From assembly GCA_018260275.1 (NCBI GenBank), contig JAGLBK010000001.1:1-47796 (forward strand): 47,796 nucleotides of DNA. Reading direction: 5' to 3'. Position 1 is the stretch's first letter; each line of letters begins with the position of its first letter. The stretch comes from Deinococcus sp. GTDB lineage: Bacteria; Deinococcota; Deinococci; Deinococcales; Deinococcaceae. Below are positions 19,252 through 31,027 of this stretch, piece after piece. The notes beneath the pieces are model-generated. The model did no database searches, was not told the origin of the DNA, and was given only the letters and a program-made list of their open reading frames with translations. The position numbers and the translations under genes are program-made.

Positions 19252-20107
19252 CGACAGCACCAAGCAAAGCACCTAGACCGGAAGTCAGATGAGTGGCTGG
19301 CTTCAACACAGTCATTTCAGGAAAGTAAAGTGACGTACAGGTAGTCCTGGGCCCGTTAAGGCACTCAACTGTAAACGTCAGTGTGTGCTCTTGAGACTGA
19401 CCGACAATATTGAACCGATTATCAATGCCCTGTTTTGCCTTCACTGTACGGACGCCGAGTACTTTATTGCCAAGTCTGGTGGTCACCCGGAAGTCCTGGC
19501 TGCCATTAAGCTGAAAGCTTATGTCAAGAGGCTTTATATCAGGCGGCCAACTGATTCTTACCTGGGAGGCCTGCACCGCTTTCCAGTAATTGACCCCATC
19601 AAAATTGAGCGAACCAGTGCCCTCTATCTTAAGTGGAGTAACCGGAGCATAGTGTTTCCAGTGTTCGGCACTGAACCCCACGGGCTCAATAGCAGAGAGC
19701 TGGCTGGCATCCAGAAGATGCACTCTTGTCCAGTACTGGCTGATCTTTGTACAGGAATTCAAGCAATCATAAGCCAGCTCAAAATGATGCGGACCTGGAG
19801 CTACGAAGTCTCCCAGCTGAATATTAGAAAGGAATTTACCTGCCGGAAACGGGGCCGTACCGATTGTTTTCCCATCCAGCTTTAAAGCACTGTTAATATC
19901 CTTGTCTGGAGAAAAAAGCTGGTACTCCAACTGTACGAAACTGGTCTGTGGAACGGTAAAGTCAACACCACTCTCTGGCCCGACAGGCTGGCGATAGTAA
20001 TTGGCCCCATCGAACTTTGGCGCGGATAAACCACTGACTTTTACTCCCTGCGGTATTTCCCGGGTCAGGTCAATAATCTGGGGCTGTACCTTACTGCTCT
20101 GCGGCAT
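19196..20107 (-). CDS. Hypothetical protein, two internal repeats and a C-terminal membrane anchor
   Basis: FDGANYY / FDGVNYW and DCLNSC / ECLNG...C repeats; hydrophobic C-terminus followed by RR; last gene of the polysaccharide operon. Confidence 0.7.
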   Translation of the reverse strand: MPQSSKVQPQIIDLTREIPQGVKVSGLSAPKFDGANYYRQPVGPESGVDFTVPQTSFVQLEYQLFSPDKDINSALKLDGKTIGTAPFPAGKFLSNIQLGDFVAPGPHHFELAYDCLNSCTKISQYWTRVHLLDASQLSAIEPVGFSAEHWKHYAPVTPLKIEGTGSLNFDGVNYWKAVQASQVRISWPPDIKPLDISFQLNGSQDFRVTTRLGNKVLGVRTVKAKQGIDNRFNIVGQSQEHTLTFTVECLNGPRTTCTSLYFPEMTVLKPATHLTSGLGALLGAVVICGAALWLLALGPRRVD

Positions 20108-20825
20108 CCTGCCAGCTCATTTTCAAGGCCCCCCAACGCTCCGTGTTCAGGCTCACGTCGCTGGGCAAAGTTACCCCTGCCTGGGAACGCGTCCCTTCCT
20201 GCACGTCCGGTTTACGCCGCCTGGCAAGCTCGAAGACACTCTTGCGCTCGGTCACGATATGCAGCACTTCATCGGAAATATTCATTGCATGTTCGACGGC
20301 CAGAGCAATCTCAGGCGCGATGATGTCAACATAATCCTGCCCGGTGTACACATCACTGAAGGCCACGGGATAGGCGAATTCACGTGGCCTGAAGCTGGTA
20401 CGGACAATCAAATGGTTCTGCGCGGCGCGGGCAGCTTCCTCGGCCACCAGCTTGGTCAGCGAGTAGTAGTTGACCACTGGGCCCAGGGTATCGCCTTCAC
20501 GGTAATTCCCCTCATTTCCACTGAAGACGTAGTCCGTGCTGATATGAACAAGCTTTGCGCCTACCGCATTGGCCGCCGCCACGATATGACGGGTGCCGAC
20601 CACATTGGCATTCCAGCAGGCTTCCCGGTCTTTTTCGGCCCCGCCGACATTGGTATATGCCGCCGCATGGACAATCACGTCAGGCCGTTCGCGCCGCACC
20701 ACGGCCAGGACCTGCTCAGCATCAGTCAGATTCATCTCGGCAGAAGTGGGAGCCACTATCCCAGGGATCAGGGCACGCAGCTCAGTCCCCAGGCGGCCCG
20801 AGCCACCCGTCAGCAAAATGTTCAT
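20091..20825 (-). CDS. rmlD: dTDP-4-dehydrorhamnose reductase
   Basis: TGGSGRLG, HAAAYT, STDYVF, YSLTK; rml context. Confidence 0.9.
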   Translation of the reverse strand: MNILLTGGSGRLGTELRALIPGIVAPTSAEMNLTDAEQVLAVVRRERPDVIVHAAAYTNVGGAEKDREACWNANVVGTRHIVAAANAVGAKLVHISTDYVFSGNEGNYREGDTLGPVVNYYSLTKLVAEEAARAAQNHLIVRTSFRPREFAYPVAFSDVYTGQDYVDIIAPEIALAVEHAMNISDEVLHIVTERKSVFELARRRKPDVQEGTRSQAGVTLPSDVSLNTERWGALKMSWQDAAEQ

Positions 20826-21370
20826 CCCATATCCTCGGCCCAGAGCTGCTCACCGAAGATATTCCAGGCCAAGCGGCCTTCATTGGGATCAGTGATATCG
20901 AACTGCGCGTCCATCGTATAGAGCAAAGTCGCGCCCTGCTCACCTGCCTGATACCCGTGCGCGACCCCACTGGGAATATGGACCAGCATGGGCTGCTCAC
21001 CGCTGAATACCAGTTTGCGCTTGATTCCTAGCGTTGCACTTCCTGCACGGCAGTCCACCAGCCAGATCATCAACTGGCCCTGCAATACGCACCAGATTTC
21101 ATTCTGCTCTTCCTTGACATGGATATGAAAGGCATTGATGCGCCTGGGAGCCGCCCAGGAAACGCTGATCTGGCGCGGTGTGAGCTGCCCAGGCAAGCCC
21201 TGCACACCGTTTTCGTCCAGACGAACGTATTCCATGAAAGCCCCGTTCTCGCTGCGATTTTTCTTAAGGGCGTGAACCCAGACGCCCTCAATCTGCGGCG
21301 CTGCCGGATAGCTTTCGAAATTAAGGGCGTCGGCATACTGCTTGTCCAGCTTGATCTTATGGTCAGGCAC
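20822..21370 (-). CDS. rmlC: dTDP-4-dehydrorhamnose 3,5-epimerase family
   Basis: Cupin motifs [18 protein letters not shown]; GTG 21370 overlapping the rmlA stop is the likely start. Confidence 0.85.
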   Translation of the reverse strand: MPDHKIKLDKQYADALNFESYPAAPQIEGVWVHALKKNRSENGAFMEYVRLDENGVQGLPGQLTPRQISVSWAAPRRINAFHIHVKEEQNEIWCVLQGQLMIWLVDCRAGSATLGIKRKLVFSGEQPMLVHIPSGVAHGYQAGEQGATLLYTMDAQFDITDPNEGRLAWNIFGEQLWAEDMG

Positions 21371-22253
21371 GAAATTTCTCCCCGGCAATCTTAATAAGAT
21401 ATTTGCCGTACTGGTTTTTCTTGAGCTTCTCCGCCTGGGCGAGCAGCGATTCGGTGGTAATCCAGCCATGACTCCACGCGATCTCCTCGGGAGCCGCCAC
21501 TTTCAGGCCCTGACGGTGCTCGATGGTCTGAATAAACAGGCTGGCTTCGAGCATGCTCTCATGAGTCCCCGTATCAAGCCAGGCAAAGCCCCGGCGCATC
21601 AGCTGAACCTCCAGACTGCCTTCCTGCAGATACACATTGTTCAGGTCAGTGATTTCCAGCTCGCCCCGCAACGAGGGCCTGATACTTCTGGCAATCTCCG
21701 AGACCCGCTCATCATAGAAGTAGAGGCCCGTCACCGCAAAATCGGACTTGGGCTGGGCCGGTTTTTCTTCGATGCTCAGGGCCTTACCGGACCCATCAAA
21801 AGCAACCACCCCGTAGCGTTCAGGATCACTGACCTGATAGGCAAAGACAGTAGCCCCATCCTTCTTCTGGCCTGCCGATTCCATCAGGTCCGACAGATCA
21901 TTACCATAAAAGATGTTATCGCCCAGAATCAGGGCACTGGGATGGCCTCGGATAAAGTCCTCACCGATGATGAAGGCCTGGGCCAGACCATCGGGTGAGG
22001 GCTGCACGGCGTACTCCAGGTGAATGCCCCACTGCGACCCGTCACCCAGCAGCTGCTTGAAGCGTGGGGTGTCCTCAGGGGTCGAGATGATCAGGATTTC
22101 ACGCATCCCGCCCAGCATCAGGGTCGTCAGTGGGTAATAGATCATCGGCTTATCGTAGATAGGCAAGAGCTGTTTACTGACCGCCAGCGTCGCGGGGTAC
22201 AGCCGTGTACCGCTTCCACCCGCCAGAATAATGCCCTTACGCGTCGTGGTCAT
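21363..22253 (-). CDS. rmlA: Glucose-1-phosphate thymidylyltransferase
   Basis: [44 protein letters not shown]. Confidence 0.97.
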   Translation of the reverse strand: MTTTRKGIILAGGSGTRLYPATLAVSKQLLPIYDKPMIYYPLTTLMLGGMREILIISTPEDTPRFKQLLGDGSQWGIHLEYAVQPSPDGLAQAFIIGEDFIRGHPSALILGDNIFYGNDLSDLMESAGQKKDGATVFAYQVSDPERYGVVAFDGSGKALSIEEKPAQPKSDFAVTGLYFYDERVSEIARSIRPSLRGELEITDLNNVYLQEGSLEVQLMRRGFAWLDTGTHESMLEASLFIQTIEHRQGLKVAAPEEIAWSHGWITTESLLAQAEKLKKNQYGKYLIKIAGEKFRA

Positions 22254-23305
22254 GCTTGCCCGGCTCCAGACTGCACGCCAGCCAGCCGTTCGGCATACTG
22301 TTTATTGTAGTATTCACGGAATTCGCCGCTCCGAATAGGCTCCCACCACCACTGATTCTCGGTGTACCATCTGGCGGCTTCAGCAACGGCCTGTTTGGGA
22401 TCGTACTTCGGCTCCCAGCCCAGCGCACGGAGCTTATCGACGTTCATCGAGTACCGGCGGTCATGCCCAGGGCGGTCAGTCACGTGTTTCACGAGATCAT
22501 GACTCTTTTCCAGGGTGCCCAGAACGATATCGACCATCTCCAGATTGGTCATCTCACGCCCGGTGCCGACGTTATACACCTCACCGATATTGCCCCTGAG
22601 CAGGACCGTTTCGATGCCAGTGCAGTGGTCATACACATGGGCATAGTCACGCATCTGAAGGCCGTCACCGTAAACCGGCAGGGGTTCACCCAGAATAGCG
22701 TTCGTGCTGAACAGCGGTACGGCCTTTTCCGGATACTGATAAGGCCCCACATTGTTAGCACCGCGCGTAATGGTCACTGGAATACCGTAGGTGATGGCGT
22801 AGGCCTGCACCAGCTGGTCAGCCGCCGCCTTACTCGCTGCGTAAGGACTGCGGGGCGCCAGTTCGTCGGTTTCGACACTCTGATGATTGTCTTTGATATG
22901 CCCGTACACTTCATCGGTACTGATGTGATGCAGGCGTATGCCGAGTTCCCGGGCCACTTCGAGCAGGACGTGGGTCCCATGCACATTGGTATCCGTAAAG
23001 ACAAGCGGTCCCAGAATGCTCTGATCCACATGGGTCTCGGCAGCAAAATTGACGATCAGGTCAATTTTGTTCTCCTGGCAGGTCTTACGCACCAGGTCCT
23101 GGTCACCGATGTCGCCCACCACCAGTTTCAGATTTGGGTTACTCCAGAGGTCGTGAAGATTTTCCTTGCGGCCAGCATAGGTCAGCTTGTCATAGACCAC
23201 CACATGGCTTTCGGGGTGCTGCCCCATCCAGTAACGCACGAAATTGCTGCCGATAAAGCCGCAGCCACCAGTCACGAGCAGATTTTGGGGGATCGAAGGG
23301 GTCAT
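22250..23305 (-). CDS. rmlB: dTDP-glucose 4,6-dehydratase
   Basis: [46 protein letters not shown]. Confidence 0.97.
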   Translation of the reverse strand: MTPSIPQNLLVTGGCGFIGSNFVRYWMGQHPESHVVVYDKLTYAGRKENLHDLWSNPNLKLVVGDIGDQDLVRKTCQENKIDLIVNFAAETHVDQSILGPLVFTDTNVHGTHVLLEVARELGIRLHHISTDEVYGHIKDNHQSVETDELAPRSPYAASKAAADQLVQAYAITYGIPVTITRGANNVGPYQYPEKAVPLFSTNAILGEPLPVYGDGLQMRDYAHVYDHCTGIETVLLRGNIGEVYNVGTGREMTNLEMVDIVLGTLEKSHDLVKHVTDRPGHDRRYSMNVDKLRALGWEPKYDPKQAVAEAARWYTENQWWWEPIRSGEFREYYNKQYAERLAGVQSGAGQA

Positions 23306-24459
23306 AGGTTCTCCAATTTTAGACTCAACACAGCGCGTTCGGGGTCCTCACCACTTGCCTTGGCCGTTTCCGCCGCTTCGAGAATAGCCGCGAACTGGCG
23401 TCTGAAATTCTCGGTGCGAAAACGCTCGGCATTCCGACGAATCGTTTCCGCACTGAAAGTAGTTGCCTTCTGTTCAAAAATGCCAACTGCGCGGGAGAGG
23501 CTCTCTACATTCTGCTGGCCGAAAAATACCCCGGTCTGATCCGGAATCACCGTTTCAAGACTGCCACCTTTTCCGTAAGCGATGACAGGGGCACCCGCAG
23601 CCTGCGCCTCTACAGGCACGATGCCAAAGTCTTCATCCGCCGCAAAGACGAAAGCTTTACAGCGGGCCATATAGTCCGCGACCACCTCATCCGGCTGACG
23701 GCCCAGCAGTTGAATATTCGGCCCAGCCAAAGCTTTGACCTTTTCAAAATCGGGCCCACTTCCAATCACCACCAGTGGTTTACCAAGACGCGTAAACGTT
23801 TCGACAATCAAATCCATTTTCTTGTACGGTACGAAGCGGCTCATGGTGAAATAGAACTCTTCACGTGGCCGGGTATGGTCGAAGCGAGCGACATCCACAG
23901 GTGGATAGAGCACGCGGGCCGGGCGACGGTAGGTGCGCCAGATCCGCTTAGCGACATACTCGCTGTTCGCCAGGAAAACGTCCACACGGTTAGCAGTCGA
24001 GGAGTCCCAGATCCGAATGTAATGTAAGACAATCTTCGCCAGCGTGGCCTTGACACCGCTGGTCAGATTGGCCTCCCGGAGATACTGCTGATAGAGGTCC
24101 CAGGCGTAACGGATTGGTGAATGGACATAACTGATATGAAGTTGCCCTGCACCGACCAGCACACCCTTAGCGACTGCATGACTACTCGACACGATAGTGT
24201 CATATTCCGTCAAATCAAATTGCTCGATCTGATAGGGCATGAAGGGAAGATAGGTTCGGTAATTGCTGACTCCTTTAGGCCAGTGCTGAATGGGGCTGGT
24301 ATACACCTGCACGTCTTCCAACGGTGTTCCATGAAAATCCTCAGATTTATGCACCATGGTGTAAATCGGCGCTTTACGGGTAGCCAGCATTTCTGCCAGT
24401 ACTTTTTCGCTTCCGGCAAAACCGCCTGCCAGCCAATCCTGAATATAGACGCTCTTCAT
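23302..24459 (-). CDS. GT4 glycosyltransferase (WbaZ-like mannosyltransferase)
   Basis: DWL...[35 protein letters not shown]. Confidence 0.88.
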   Translation of the reverse strand: MKSVYIQDWLAGGFAGSEKVLAEMLATRKAPIYTMVHKSEDFHGTPLEDVQVYTSPIQHWPKGVSNYRTYLPFMPYQIEQFDLTEYDTIVSSSHAVAKGVLVGAGQLHISYVHSPIRYAWDLYQQYLREANLTSGVKATLAKIVLHYIRIWDSSTANRVDVFLANSEYVAKRIWRTYRRPARVLYPPVDVARFDHTRPREEFYFTMSRFVPYKKMDLIVETFTRLGKPLVVIGSGPDFEKVKALAGPNIQLLGRQPDEVVADYMARCKAFVFAADEDFGIVPVEAQAAGAPVIAYGKGGSLETVIPDQTGVFFGQQNVESLSRAVGIFEQKATTFSAETIRRNAERFRTENFRRQFAAILEAAETAKASGEDPERAVLSLKLENL

Positions 24460-25481
24460 TTTACTCCTGCCAGATCAAGTTCCTGCCGAACTCTAGCGGC
24501 GACATCATCCCAATTAAACAGTTGCGCACGCTCCAGGCCGCGCTCACGCAACGTGCTCCGGAGAGACTCGTCCGTCAGCGCACGCGTCAGACCTGCGGCA
24601 ATGCTTCCAGGATCGCAGGGATCAACCAGAAGTCCTGCATCTCCCACCACCTCGGGTAACGAAGTCGTATTAGACACGACGACAGGCACACCACAGGCCA
24701 TTCCCTCCAAGGCAGGTAGGCCGAAACCCTCATAGAGAGACGGCATAGTGACCACCGCCGCTCCCCGGTAATAACTCGGAAGGTCTTCCTCAGGAATACG
24801 CCCTGAAAAAACAACCCGGTCATCAATGCCTAAATGTAAAGCCAGATGCCGGATATCGTTATCCGCTTTTCCGCTCAATAACAGGCGTACCCCTGGAACG
24901 TCCATTTGTGCAAATGCTTCCAGCAGACGGGCAACATTTTTATGCGGTTTACCATTGCGGACATAAAACATATACGGAAAACCCGGCATATATTTGGGCC
25001 CATCCGGTGAAAAGGCAGGATCAACGCCGTTACCGACTACTACTACCTTTTCCGGGGCTACGCCACTCCACTGCAAAATCCTCTGCCTCGAATATTCGGA
25101 CACGGTCAGTACCCGGTGAGCGCGTAAAACAGCTGGTCTTACAACATAACGGTAGTAAAGAGTCTTAAAACGTGACTGCTCCTCAACTACATCCAAGTGA
25201 ATGAGATCATGAATAGTAAAAACCATCGGACCACGCCAGGTTACAGGCGGTGTGTAACTCGGTGAAAAAAAAATTTGCTGTTTCTGTGCTAATCCTAACA
25301 ACATCGCTTTTAGCTCTAGCTCCAGCAACCCTTTAGCTGAAACTGGGTCATGCCCCGTAATATCGTGAGTGACTGGTGGCAAACGCCGTCTTATTTCTTG
25401 CGCAAAACGCCCTATGCCATGCTCACCAATCCAACGAGAATCAAATACCGTTGTTGCTCCATTCTGTGTAATAAATGTCAT
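24456..25481 (-). CDS. GT4 glycosyltransferase (mannosyltransferase-like)
   Basis: [28 protein letters not shown]. Confidence 0.88.
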   Translation of the reverse strand: MTFITQNGATTVFDSRWIGEHGIGRFAQEIRRRLPPVTHDITGHDPVSAKGLLELELKAMLLGLAQKQQIFFSPSYTPPVTWRGPMVFTIHDLIHLDVVEEQSRFKTLYYRYVVRPAVLRAHRVLTVSEYSRQRILQWSGVAPEKVVVVGNGVDPAFSPDGPKYMPGFPYMFYVRNGKPHKNVARLLEAFAQMDVPGVRLLLSGKADNDIRHLALHLGIDDRVVFSGRIPEEDLPSYYRGAAVVTMPSLYEGFGLPALEGMACGVPVVVSNTTSLPEVVGDAGLLVDPCDPGSIAAGLTRALTDESLRSTLRERGLERAQLFNWDDVAARVRQELDLAGVK

Positions 25482-26662
25482 TTATTCTTCCACCTTATTC
25501 TAGGAAAGAGAGTCAAGAAAATCGCCATAGAAAAAATAAGTATAATAATTGTATATACTATGCCTTGACCGAATAAAAATACTCTCCAAGTTTCAGCAAA
25601 GCAATAGCCAACAACACCAAATAAAAGTCCCAGAATATTATATCTATTTTTTAGGGCGACTGCCATAAGAAATGCTCCAAGAGTAGCACTAATAGAAATA
25701 ATCAAAAATGCCTGAATCAAACTATATCGTCGCAGCAATTCTAAAAAGGCACTATTTGTGCTTAGTTCTATAGAAACTCCAGTATAAATATGTGTCTCTT
25801 CTTCAGTTTTATTTGATAATATATCCCCATACGTACCTGAGGCCAAAAAACCCTGGAAGGGAGATCCAACGTAGGTTACAATTTCGCTGATACCAGCCAT
25901 ATAAAAGTTATTTATTCCTATACTTCTATAAAAATTAATATTCCTAGTATAGTTTAAAAAACATAGCAAGTGAAATAAAATCAAAAAACCAATAATAATT
26001 TGAGTCCTATTTACTTTTAATTTTCCATTTAAGTATATAAGTGAAATAAAAATAAAAACCGTGTAAACCAAACTCAAACGACTACTGATCAATGTAACAA
26101 CGAGTAGAGAAATAATACTAATAAATGACATAAAGATATATCGCCTATTTAGCAAGTGGTAAAATCCTAAAGCTGCAGCAGGGATAGACATATACCTAAA
26201 ACTTGCTAGACCGATTTTGTAGTCTGAATACAAAGTATCTTTTAAAGCATTAGCTTCTCCCCCGGAGACAGCTCGCAAGATTCCGTTTATACCCAATGCA
26301 CTTACTATACCTGCCAAGACATAGACTACTCCCACTATTCCCAAAAAAATTAATAATTTAAAAACTTCATAAGATTCTACGTTGGCATAAATATTTAGCC
26401 TCTCAGATGTTAACTTCAACTTACTGCCAATCATAAAGCTAAAATAGGAACAAAAAATTATAGTCAAAAGCCACAGAAAGCATATAATTATTCCTGAAGA
26501 GGTAGGAGAAAAATAATTATCAAAACCTTTACGTAAATTCCCGCTAAAATCTGGTAAGCACCATAATATAAATGAAACAAGAGTCGTAAGTATAACTATT
26601 CCATAGGGAGAAATAATTATGGGTATCTTTTTTGATTTTTTTTCAGACGGCGTCGCCATCAT
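25478..26662 (-). CDS. wzy: Probable Wzy polysaccharide polymerase
   Basis: About 10 TM segments, very AT-rich, among glycosyltransferase genes; assigned by topology and context. Confidence 0.65.
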   Translation of the reverse strand: MMATPSEKKSKKIPIIISPYGIVILTTLVSFILWCLPDFSGNLRKGFDNYFSPTSSGIIICFLWLLTIIFCSYFSFMIGSKLKLTSERLNIYANVESYEVFKLLIFLGIVGVVYVLAGIVSALGINGILRAVSGGEANALKDTLYSDYKIGLASFRYMSIPAAALGFYHLLNRRYIFMSFISIISLLVVTLISSRLSLVYTVFIFISLIYLNGKLKVNRTQIIIGFLILFHLLCFLNYTRNINFYRSIGINNFYMAGISEIVTYVGSPFQGFLASGTYGDILSNKTEEETHIYTGVSIELSTNSAFLELLRRYSLIQAFLIISISATLGAFLMAVALKNRYNILGLLFGVVGYCFAETWRVFLFGQGIVYTIIILIFSMAIFLTLFPRIRWKNK

Positions 26663-27683
26663 AGACACTTCCTATCTGAGGAGACCTGCCCATCTTAGAA
26701 CGTATAAACTTAGTGACCATATTATAACCCTTCTCTTTAAGAATATACCCTAATAAAAAGTGAACATGAAACATCCTATATTTTTTTAATCCGAGATCTC
26801 CAAGCTTTTTATGAAAATCTAGATATTCATTAGGCTTCAAATTGAGCTGATCACTAATATAAGGGTAGACATAGTTCGCTATATCACTTTCAACCAAATT
26901 TGCAAATTTAATACCAGTCTTTTCTTCTACTCGACGCGCTATAGTCAACATTCCAGTTACCATATGAACTCTTGCCTCTGGCGTATATTTACCTGGAGTA
27001 AAAATGCTTTTCTCACGAGCACTATTTCCAAAGTCAGGACTTTCAGTAGCACGAGAAAGAGTTAAAACATCATGAATATAATAGGCACGCATCTTAGCTA
27101 AGACAGCAGCCGCTAAATACATTTGGTAATACAAAAATCCATCGAACTCATCAGTGGAAAATGAAATTGCAGCTTCCCTATGAATTACATAACCTGACAA
27201 AACACCACAACGCCTGTATGCAGTACCAATCGTCTTTGCACCAGGAGGAAAGATTCTATCAGTATCGAAATAACGAACCGTTTGCTCGGGTAAAGAAGGA
27301 TCACCAAAAAACCAGCTATATGAACGCAAAATGAGTCCTATGTTACTATTCATCAGAACCACATTAGCAACTTTCTTTAAAGCACCAGCAGCCATGAGAT
27401 CATCATTACCCATAAAGAAACAGTAATCTCCAGTCGCCTTATCAAGCAATTCTCTAAAATTAGCATCATAGCCTAAATTAGTTTCGTTAAGAAAGAATTT
27501 TATTCTTTTATCATTGGTATATTTATTATTAATAATTTCCTTTATCAATTCACGTTGAGGACTAGCATCCTCACAAATAATGATTTCATAATCATGATAG
27601 TCCTGCCGTAGAATTGAATCTAAAAGGGGTTCAAGGAATTGAGCACGATTATAAGAAGGGATACATACAGAAATAAGTGGCAT
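26643..27683 (-). CDS. GT2 glycosyltransferase (probable rhamnosyl/deoxyhexosyl transferase)
   Basis: ISVCIPSYNR, EDAS, NLGYDAN, GNDD; ATG 27683 follows GAGGAG. Confidence 0.87.
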   Translation of the reverse strand: MPLISVCIPSYNRAQFLEPLLDSILRQDYHDYEIIICEDASPQRELIKEIINNKYTNDKRIKFFLNETNLGYDANFRELLDKATGDYCFFMGNDDLMAAGALKKVANVVLMNSNIGLILRSYSWFFGDPSLPEQTVRYFDTDRIFPPGAKTIGTAYRRCGVLSGYVIHREAAISFSTDEFDGFLYYQMYLAAAVLAKMRAYYIHDVLTLSRATESPDFGNSAREKSIFTPGKYTPEARVHMVTGMLTIARRVEEKTGIKFANLVESDIANYVYPYISDQLNLKPNEYLDFHKKLGDLGLKKYRMFHVHFLLGYILKEKGYNMVTKFIRSKMGRSPQIGSVYDGDAV

Positions 27684-27699
27684 TTCTTCTCCTCTAAAA

Positions 27700-28335
27700 T
27701 TATGAAGTATACGGTATCCAAAGACCTGTTGCCGTATCAAACTTTTTGATAGGCTTAGCTGGGGCTCCAACTGCGATAGTCTGCGGTGGAATATCTCTGC
27801 TTACAACACTATTTGCCCCAATTATACACCCATCACCGACCGTTACACCCGGCAATATACTGACCATTTCACCGATCCAAACTCTGTTACCGATTAATAC
27901 AGGTGAGTAACTGAGTGGCCTTGAGCTTGGAGGCTCATCTGGCGAACTTTGCTCCTGTCCCTTATAATTACCATGGTTATGATCACTAATATATATCTTT
28001 CCCGCCAATAACACATCATCCCCAATAGTAACCTTATCAACACAGCCAATATGAACATCATCATTAATACTAACATTATTACCGATAATCAGGCGCGGAT
28101 GATAAACAATTCCATTGTGTTCACTTATGACTTCTACTCTACAGCGCTTACCTAGTCTCAGATTTTTACCCACAGAGGCATAATTCCCGGTAAGCCAAAC
28201 GGTAGACGAATCGACAATAAGCGGGAAGTTATAAGAGTATCTCCTCTTTATAAAACTTGAGAAGACACGATTTTTTAGGTGACCTATAACAACAAAAATA
28301 CCATCCCGCCTATATAAACTGAGCGCTTTTCTCAC
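27700..28335 (-). CDS. Hexapeptide (LbH) O-acetyltransferase, WbbJ-like
   Basis: IGNNVSI, DHNHG, VWIGE, GVTVGDGCIIGANSVV, VGAPA. Confidence 0.88.
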   Translation of the reverse strand: MRKALSLYRRDGIFVVIGHLKNRVFSSFIKRRYSYNFPLIVDSSTVWLTGNYASVGKNLRLGKRCRVEVISEHNGIVYHPRLIIGNNVSINDDVHIGCVDKVTIGDDVLLAGKIYISDHNHGNYKGQEQSSPDEPPSSRPLSYSPVLIGNRVWIGEMVSILPGVTVGDGCIIGANSVVSRDIPPQTIAVGAPAKPIKKFDTATGLWIPYTS

Positions 28336-28338
28336 TTA

Positions 28339-29583
28339 TCACGCCTCCAAAGTATTATTTTTAGACAGCACATTTCCTTGCACAATAAAAATACCCATGC
28401 CTATTAAAGCAGCCAGTTCAGTGAAAATAGTAATAGCCGCGAGAGCATCCGCACCCCTTAGAGGGATGAAGAAGTACATCAAGATTACACTAATTAAACT
28501 TGTAATAATAAATACTGTGTTAAATTTCTTATCCATTCCCAAAGGAAGCATGATATGCAGGCCAACGATATTATTTAGGGCTAGTATAGGTATAAAGATT
28601 AAAAGTATACGCAAAAAATGGATAGCTTCTGGATAATTTGGAGCAAGAATCCGTATAATAAAAGGGGCAAGCAATTCACCACATATGAATATTAAGCTTC
28701 CCACCATCAAAATACCTAAAGCAGCCTTTCTAAGGAAATCAACTGCTTTAATAAAATTGTCCTTATAAAGAAACGATAATTTTGAATATACGACTCTATT
28801 AATAGGATCAAGCATTCCACCTGCCGCACGTACTATCTTATCTGATGTCCCATAGGCAGCCACAATAGATGCATCCTGAGAAATACCCAAAATGACAACA
28901 TTCAACGTAGTATATATGCTAGTAATACCAACAAAAACAAACATACCAAAACCTTCACGCAATGAAAAAAGGCAATCATTTAGACTTGGAAATATAAAAT
29001 TAATTTTTCTATAAATTATCCAGTATCCAAGTGTATTAGCTAGAATACCAGTTAATATACCAATAATAAATATCATATTACCTTGTGAGCTATTCTTAAT
29101 AATCACCAAACAACCCAAAAGATAAATTAATCTAGATAAAAAATCAATAGAGGCATATTGTGCGAATCTTTCTCTGGCCATAAAATACCATATGGGATTA
29201 AAACCCTGGATGATAGCGAATAATGTAGCATAAAAGAGTATACCATTCATACCAGTGAATTTTGGAAAAAAAATAGCAGTTAGAATACTAAGAATGATAG
29301 CTGAAACTGAAAGGAGCGCTTTAGCTCCCAAAACACCAGATACAAGTCGAGAGATTTCCTCATCGTCATTTCTCACCCTTGCCATACTTCGCGTCGCAGA
29401 AAGATTAAAACCATATTCAATTAATATCTGTAACCACAAACCTATAGCTTGTATCATAATTATATTTCCCCAAAGCTGCTTAGGGAAAATCCTAGTAAAA
29501 TGCGGAATTAAAATAACAAAAGAAAAAACTTTTAAGGCATGAGATCCATATAGAACCAAGTAACTACTTGATTTCTTAAGCAT
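28339..29583 (-). CDS. wzx: Wzx oligosaccharide flippase
   Basis: Multi-TM; EYGFNLSATR, NPIWYF. Confidence 0.85.
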   Translation of the reverse strand: MLKKSSSYLVLYGSHALKVFSFVILIPHFTRIFPKQLWGNIIMIQAIGLWLQILIEYGFNLSATRSMARVRNDDEEISRLVSGVLGAKALLSVSAIILSILTAIFFPKFTGMNGILFYATLFAIIQGFNPIWYFMARERFAQYASIDFLSRLIYLLGCLVIIKNSSQGNMIFIIGILTGILANTLGYWIIYRKINFIFPSLNDCLFSLREGFGMFVFVGITSIYTTLNVVILGISQDASIVAAYGTSDKIVRAAGGMLDPINRVVYSKLSFLYKDNFIKAVDFLRKAALGILMVGSLIFICGELLAPFIIRILAPNYPEAIHFLRILLIFIPILALNNIVGLHIMLPLGMDKKFNTVFIITSLISVILMYFFIPLRGADALAAITIFTELAALIGMGIFIVQGNVLSKNNTLEA

Positions 29584-29585
29584 GA

Positions 29586-31022
29586 TTAATAAGCACCTTT
29601 ACCTAACAATACTACTCGAACAGTCTGTATTAGAATCACTATATCCAACCAAGGCGTCCAGTTAGTTACATAAAAATTATCCATTCCTACACGTTCATCA
29701 TAGCTAGTATCACTTCGACCATTAGCTTGCCAGTAACCAGTCATACCAGGACGAACCTGCTTATAAACTTCATAAACTTCATTATATTTCTCTATCTCAG
29801 CTTGCACAATAGGGCGAGGTCCTACCAAACTCATTGTCCCATTTAACACATTACCAAGTTGAGGAAGTTCATCTAAACTTGTTTTTCTTAAAAAGGCTCC
29901 AACACGAGTTACTCTCGGATCGTTCTTCAGTTTATGGGTCGCTTCAAACTCAGCCTTCAAAATGGGATCTGAATCCAAAACTTCCTTCAGTCTTGCTTCC
30001 GCATCCTGCCGCATACTTCTAAATTTAAGGCAGTTGAATACCTGACCATTTCTCCCAATTCGACGAGCTTTATAAACTGCCGGACCAGGACTATCCAACT
30101 TAATAGCAAGAGCAACAATAATTAGAATTGGTGAGATCAAAAGACCTCCAACTCCAGCACCAATTAAATCAATGGTTCTTTTTATAATTCTTGCCTGGAC
30201 GCTTCTCAGATTATTCTTGATTTCTAAACTAGCAATACTACCTACACTATGTGTCTGAATAGCCTGGTTTGGTACACCAAACAAATCCGGTATAACCCAG
30301 ATATAAGGAAAAGTTGAATAAACACTGTTAATAATACGCTGTGCTGTTTCAGCTCGCGCACTGGGAATAGAAATCAGAGCTTGTTGAGTCCTTGGTTCTG
30401 TGATCGCGAGTGATATGTCGCCAATGACCGGAACACCTTCAATAATATCATTGTGCAATGAATTATTATCGTCATAAGCAGCAACAGGTATAAAACCATA
30501 TTCTGGATGCGTACGTAAATATTGAATTACCAATCGTGCTGTTTCACCGGCACCTATAATACTAACTTGACGACCAAAGTACGATGCGCGGATAAGTAAA
30601 TTACGTATCAAATATCTTACCGGCAAAGCAAAAATTATAACTAGAAACCACTCAAGAATAATTGTTTTTGAAAGAACAACAAGATTTTGCAGTGCCAAAG
30701 CCGCCACAATCTGAATAACTGCAATTTGGAATGTACCCGTCACATGAGCACGTAGCTCGGTGTGGGGAGAACGACCATAGCCTGGATAAAGCCCCTGATA
30801 ACCACGCCAGACAATCCATAGTGTTCCCCAGATAAAGGTCGATCCCGGCATATTACTAACTATTCCCAGATGACTCAGAACTTGCTGGGCAACAATATGG
30901 GAAAAGGCTAGCGTAAATAGGTCACCCAGAATAAGAGCAGTAGCCTGCGGAATACTAGAAGGACGATCCAGAGGAGTTCTGAAGGGATAATGCGTAGCTG
31001 AATCTGAATTCGAAATTCTCAT
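29586..31022 (-). CDS. wbaP: Undecaprenyl-phosphate hexose-1-phosphate transferase (WbaP-like)
   Basis: N-terminal TMs, [44 protein letters not shown]. Confidence 0.9.
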   Translation of the reverse strand: MRISNSDSATHYPFRTPLDRPSSIPQATALILGDLFTLAFSHIVAQQVLSHLGIVSNMPGSTFIWGTLWIVWRGYQGLYPGYGRSPHTELRAHVTGTFQIAVIQIVAALALQNLVVLSKTIILEWFLVIIFALPVRYLIRNLLIRASYFGRQVSIIGAGETARLVIQYLRTHPEYGFIPVAAYDDNNSLHNDIIEGVPVIGDISLAITEPRTQQALISIPSARAETAQRIINSVYSTFPYIWVIPDLFGVPNQAIQTHSVGSIASLEIKNNLRSVQARIIKRTIDLIGAGVGGLLISPILIIVALAIKLDSPGPAVYKARRIGRNGQVFNCLKFRSMRQDAEARLKEVLDSDPILKAEFEATHKLKNDPRVTRVGAFLRKTSLDELPQLGNVLNGTMSLVGPRPIVQAEIEKYNEVYEVYKQVRPGMTGYWQANGRSDTSYDERVGMDNFYVTNWTPWLDIVILIQTVRVVLLGKGAY

Positions 31023-31027
31023 GCCAA

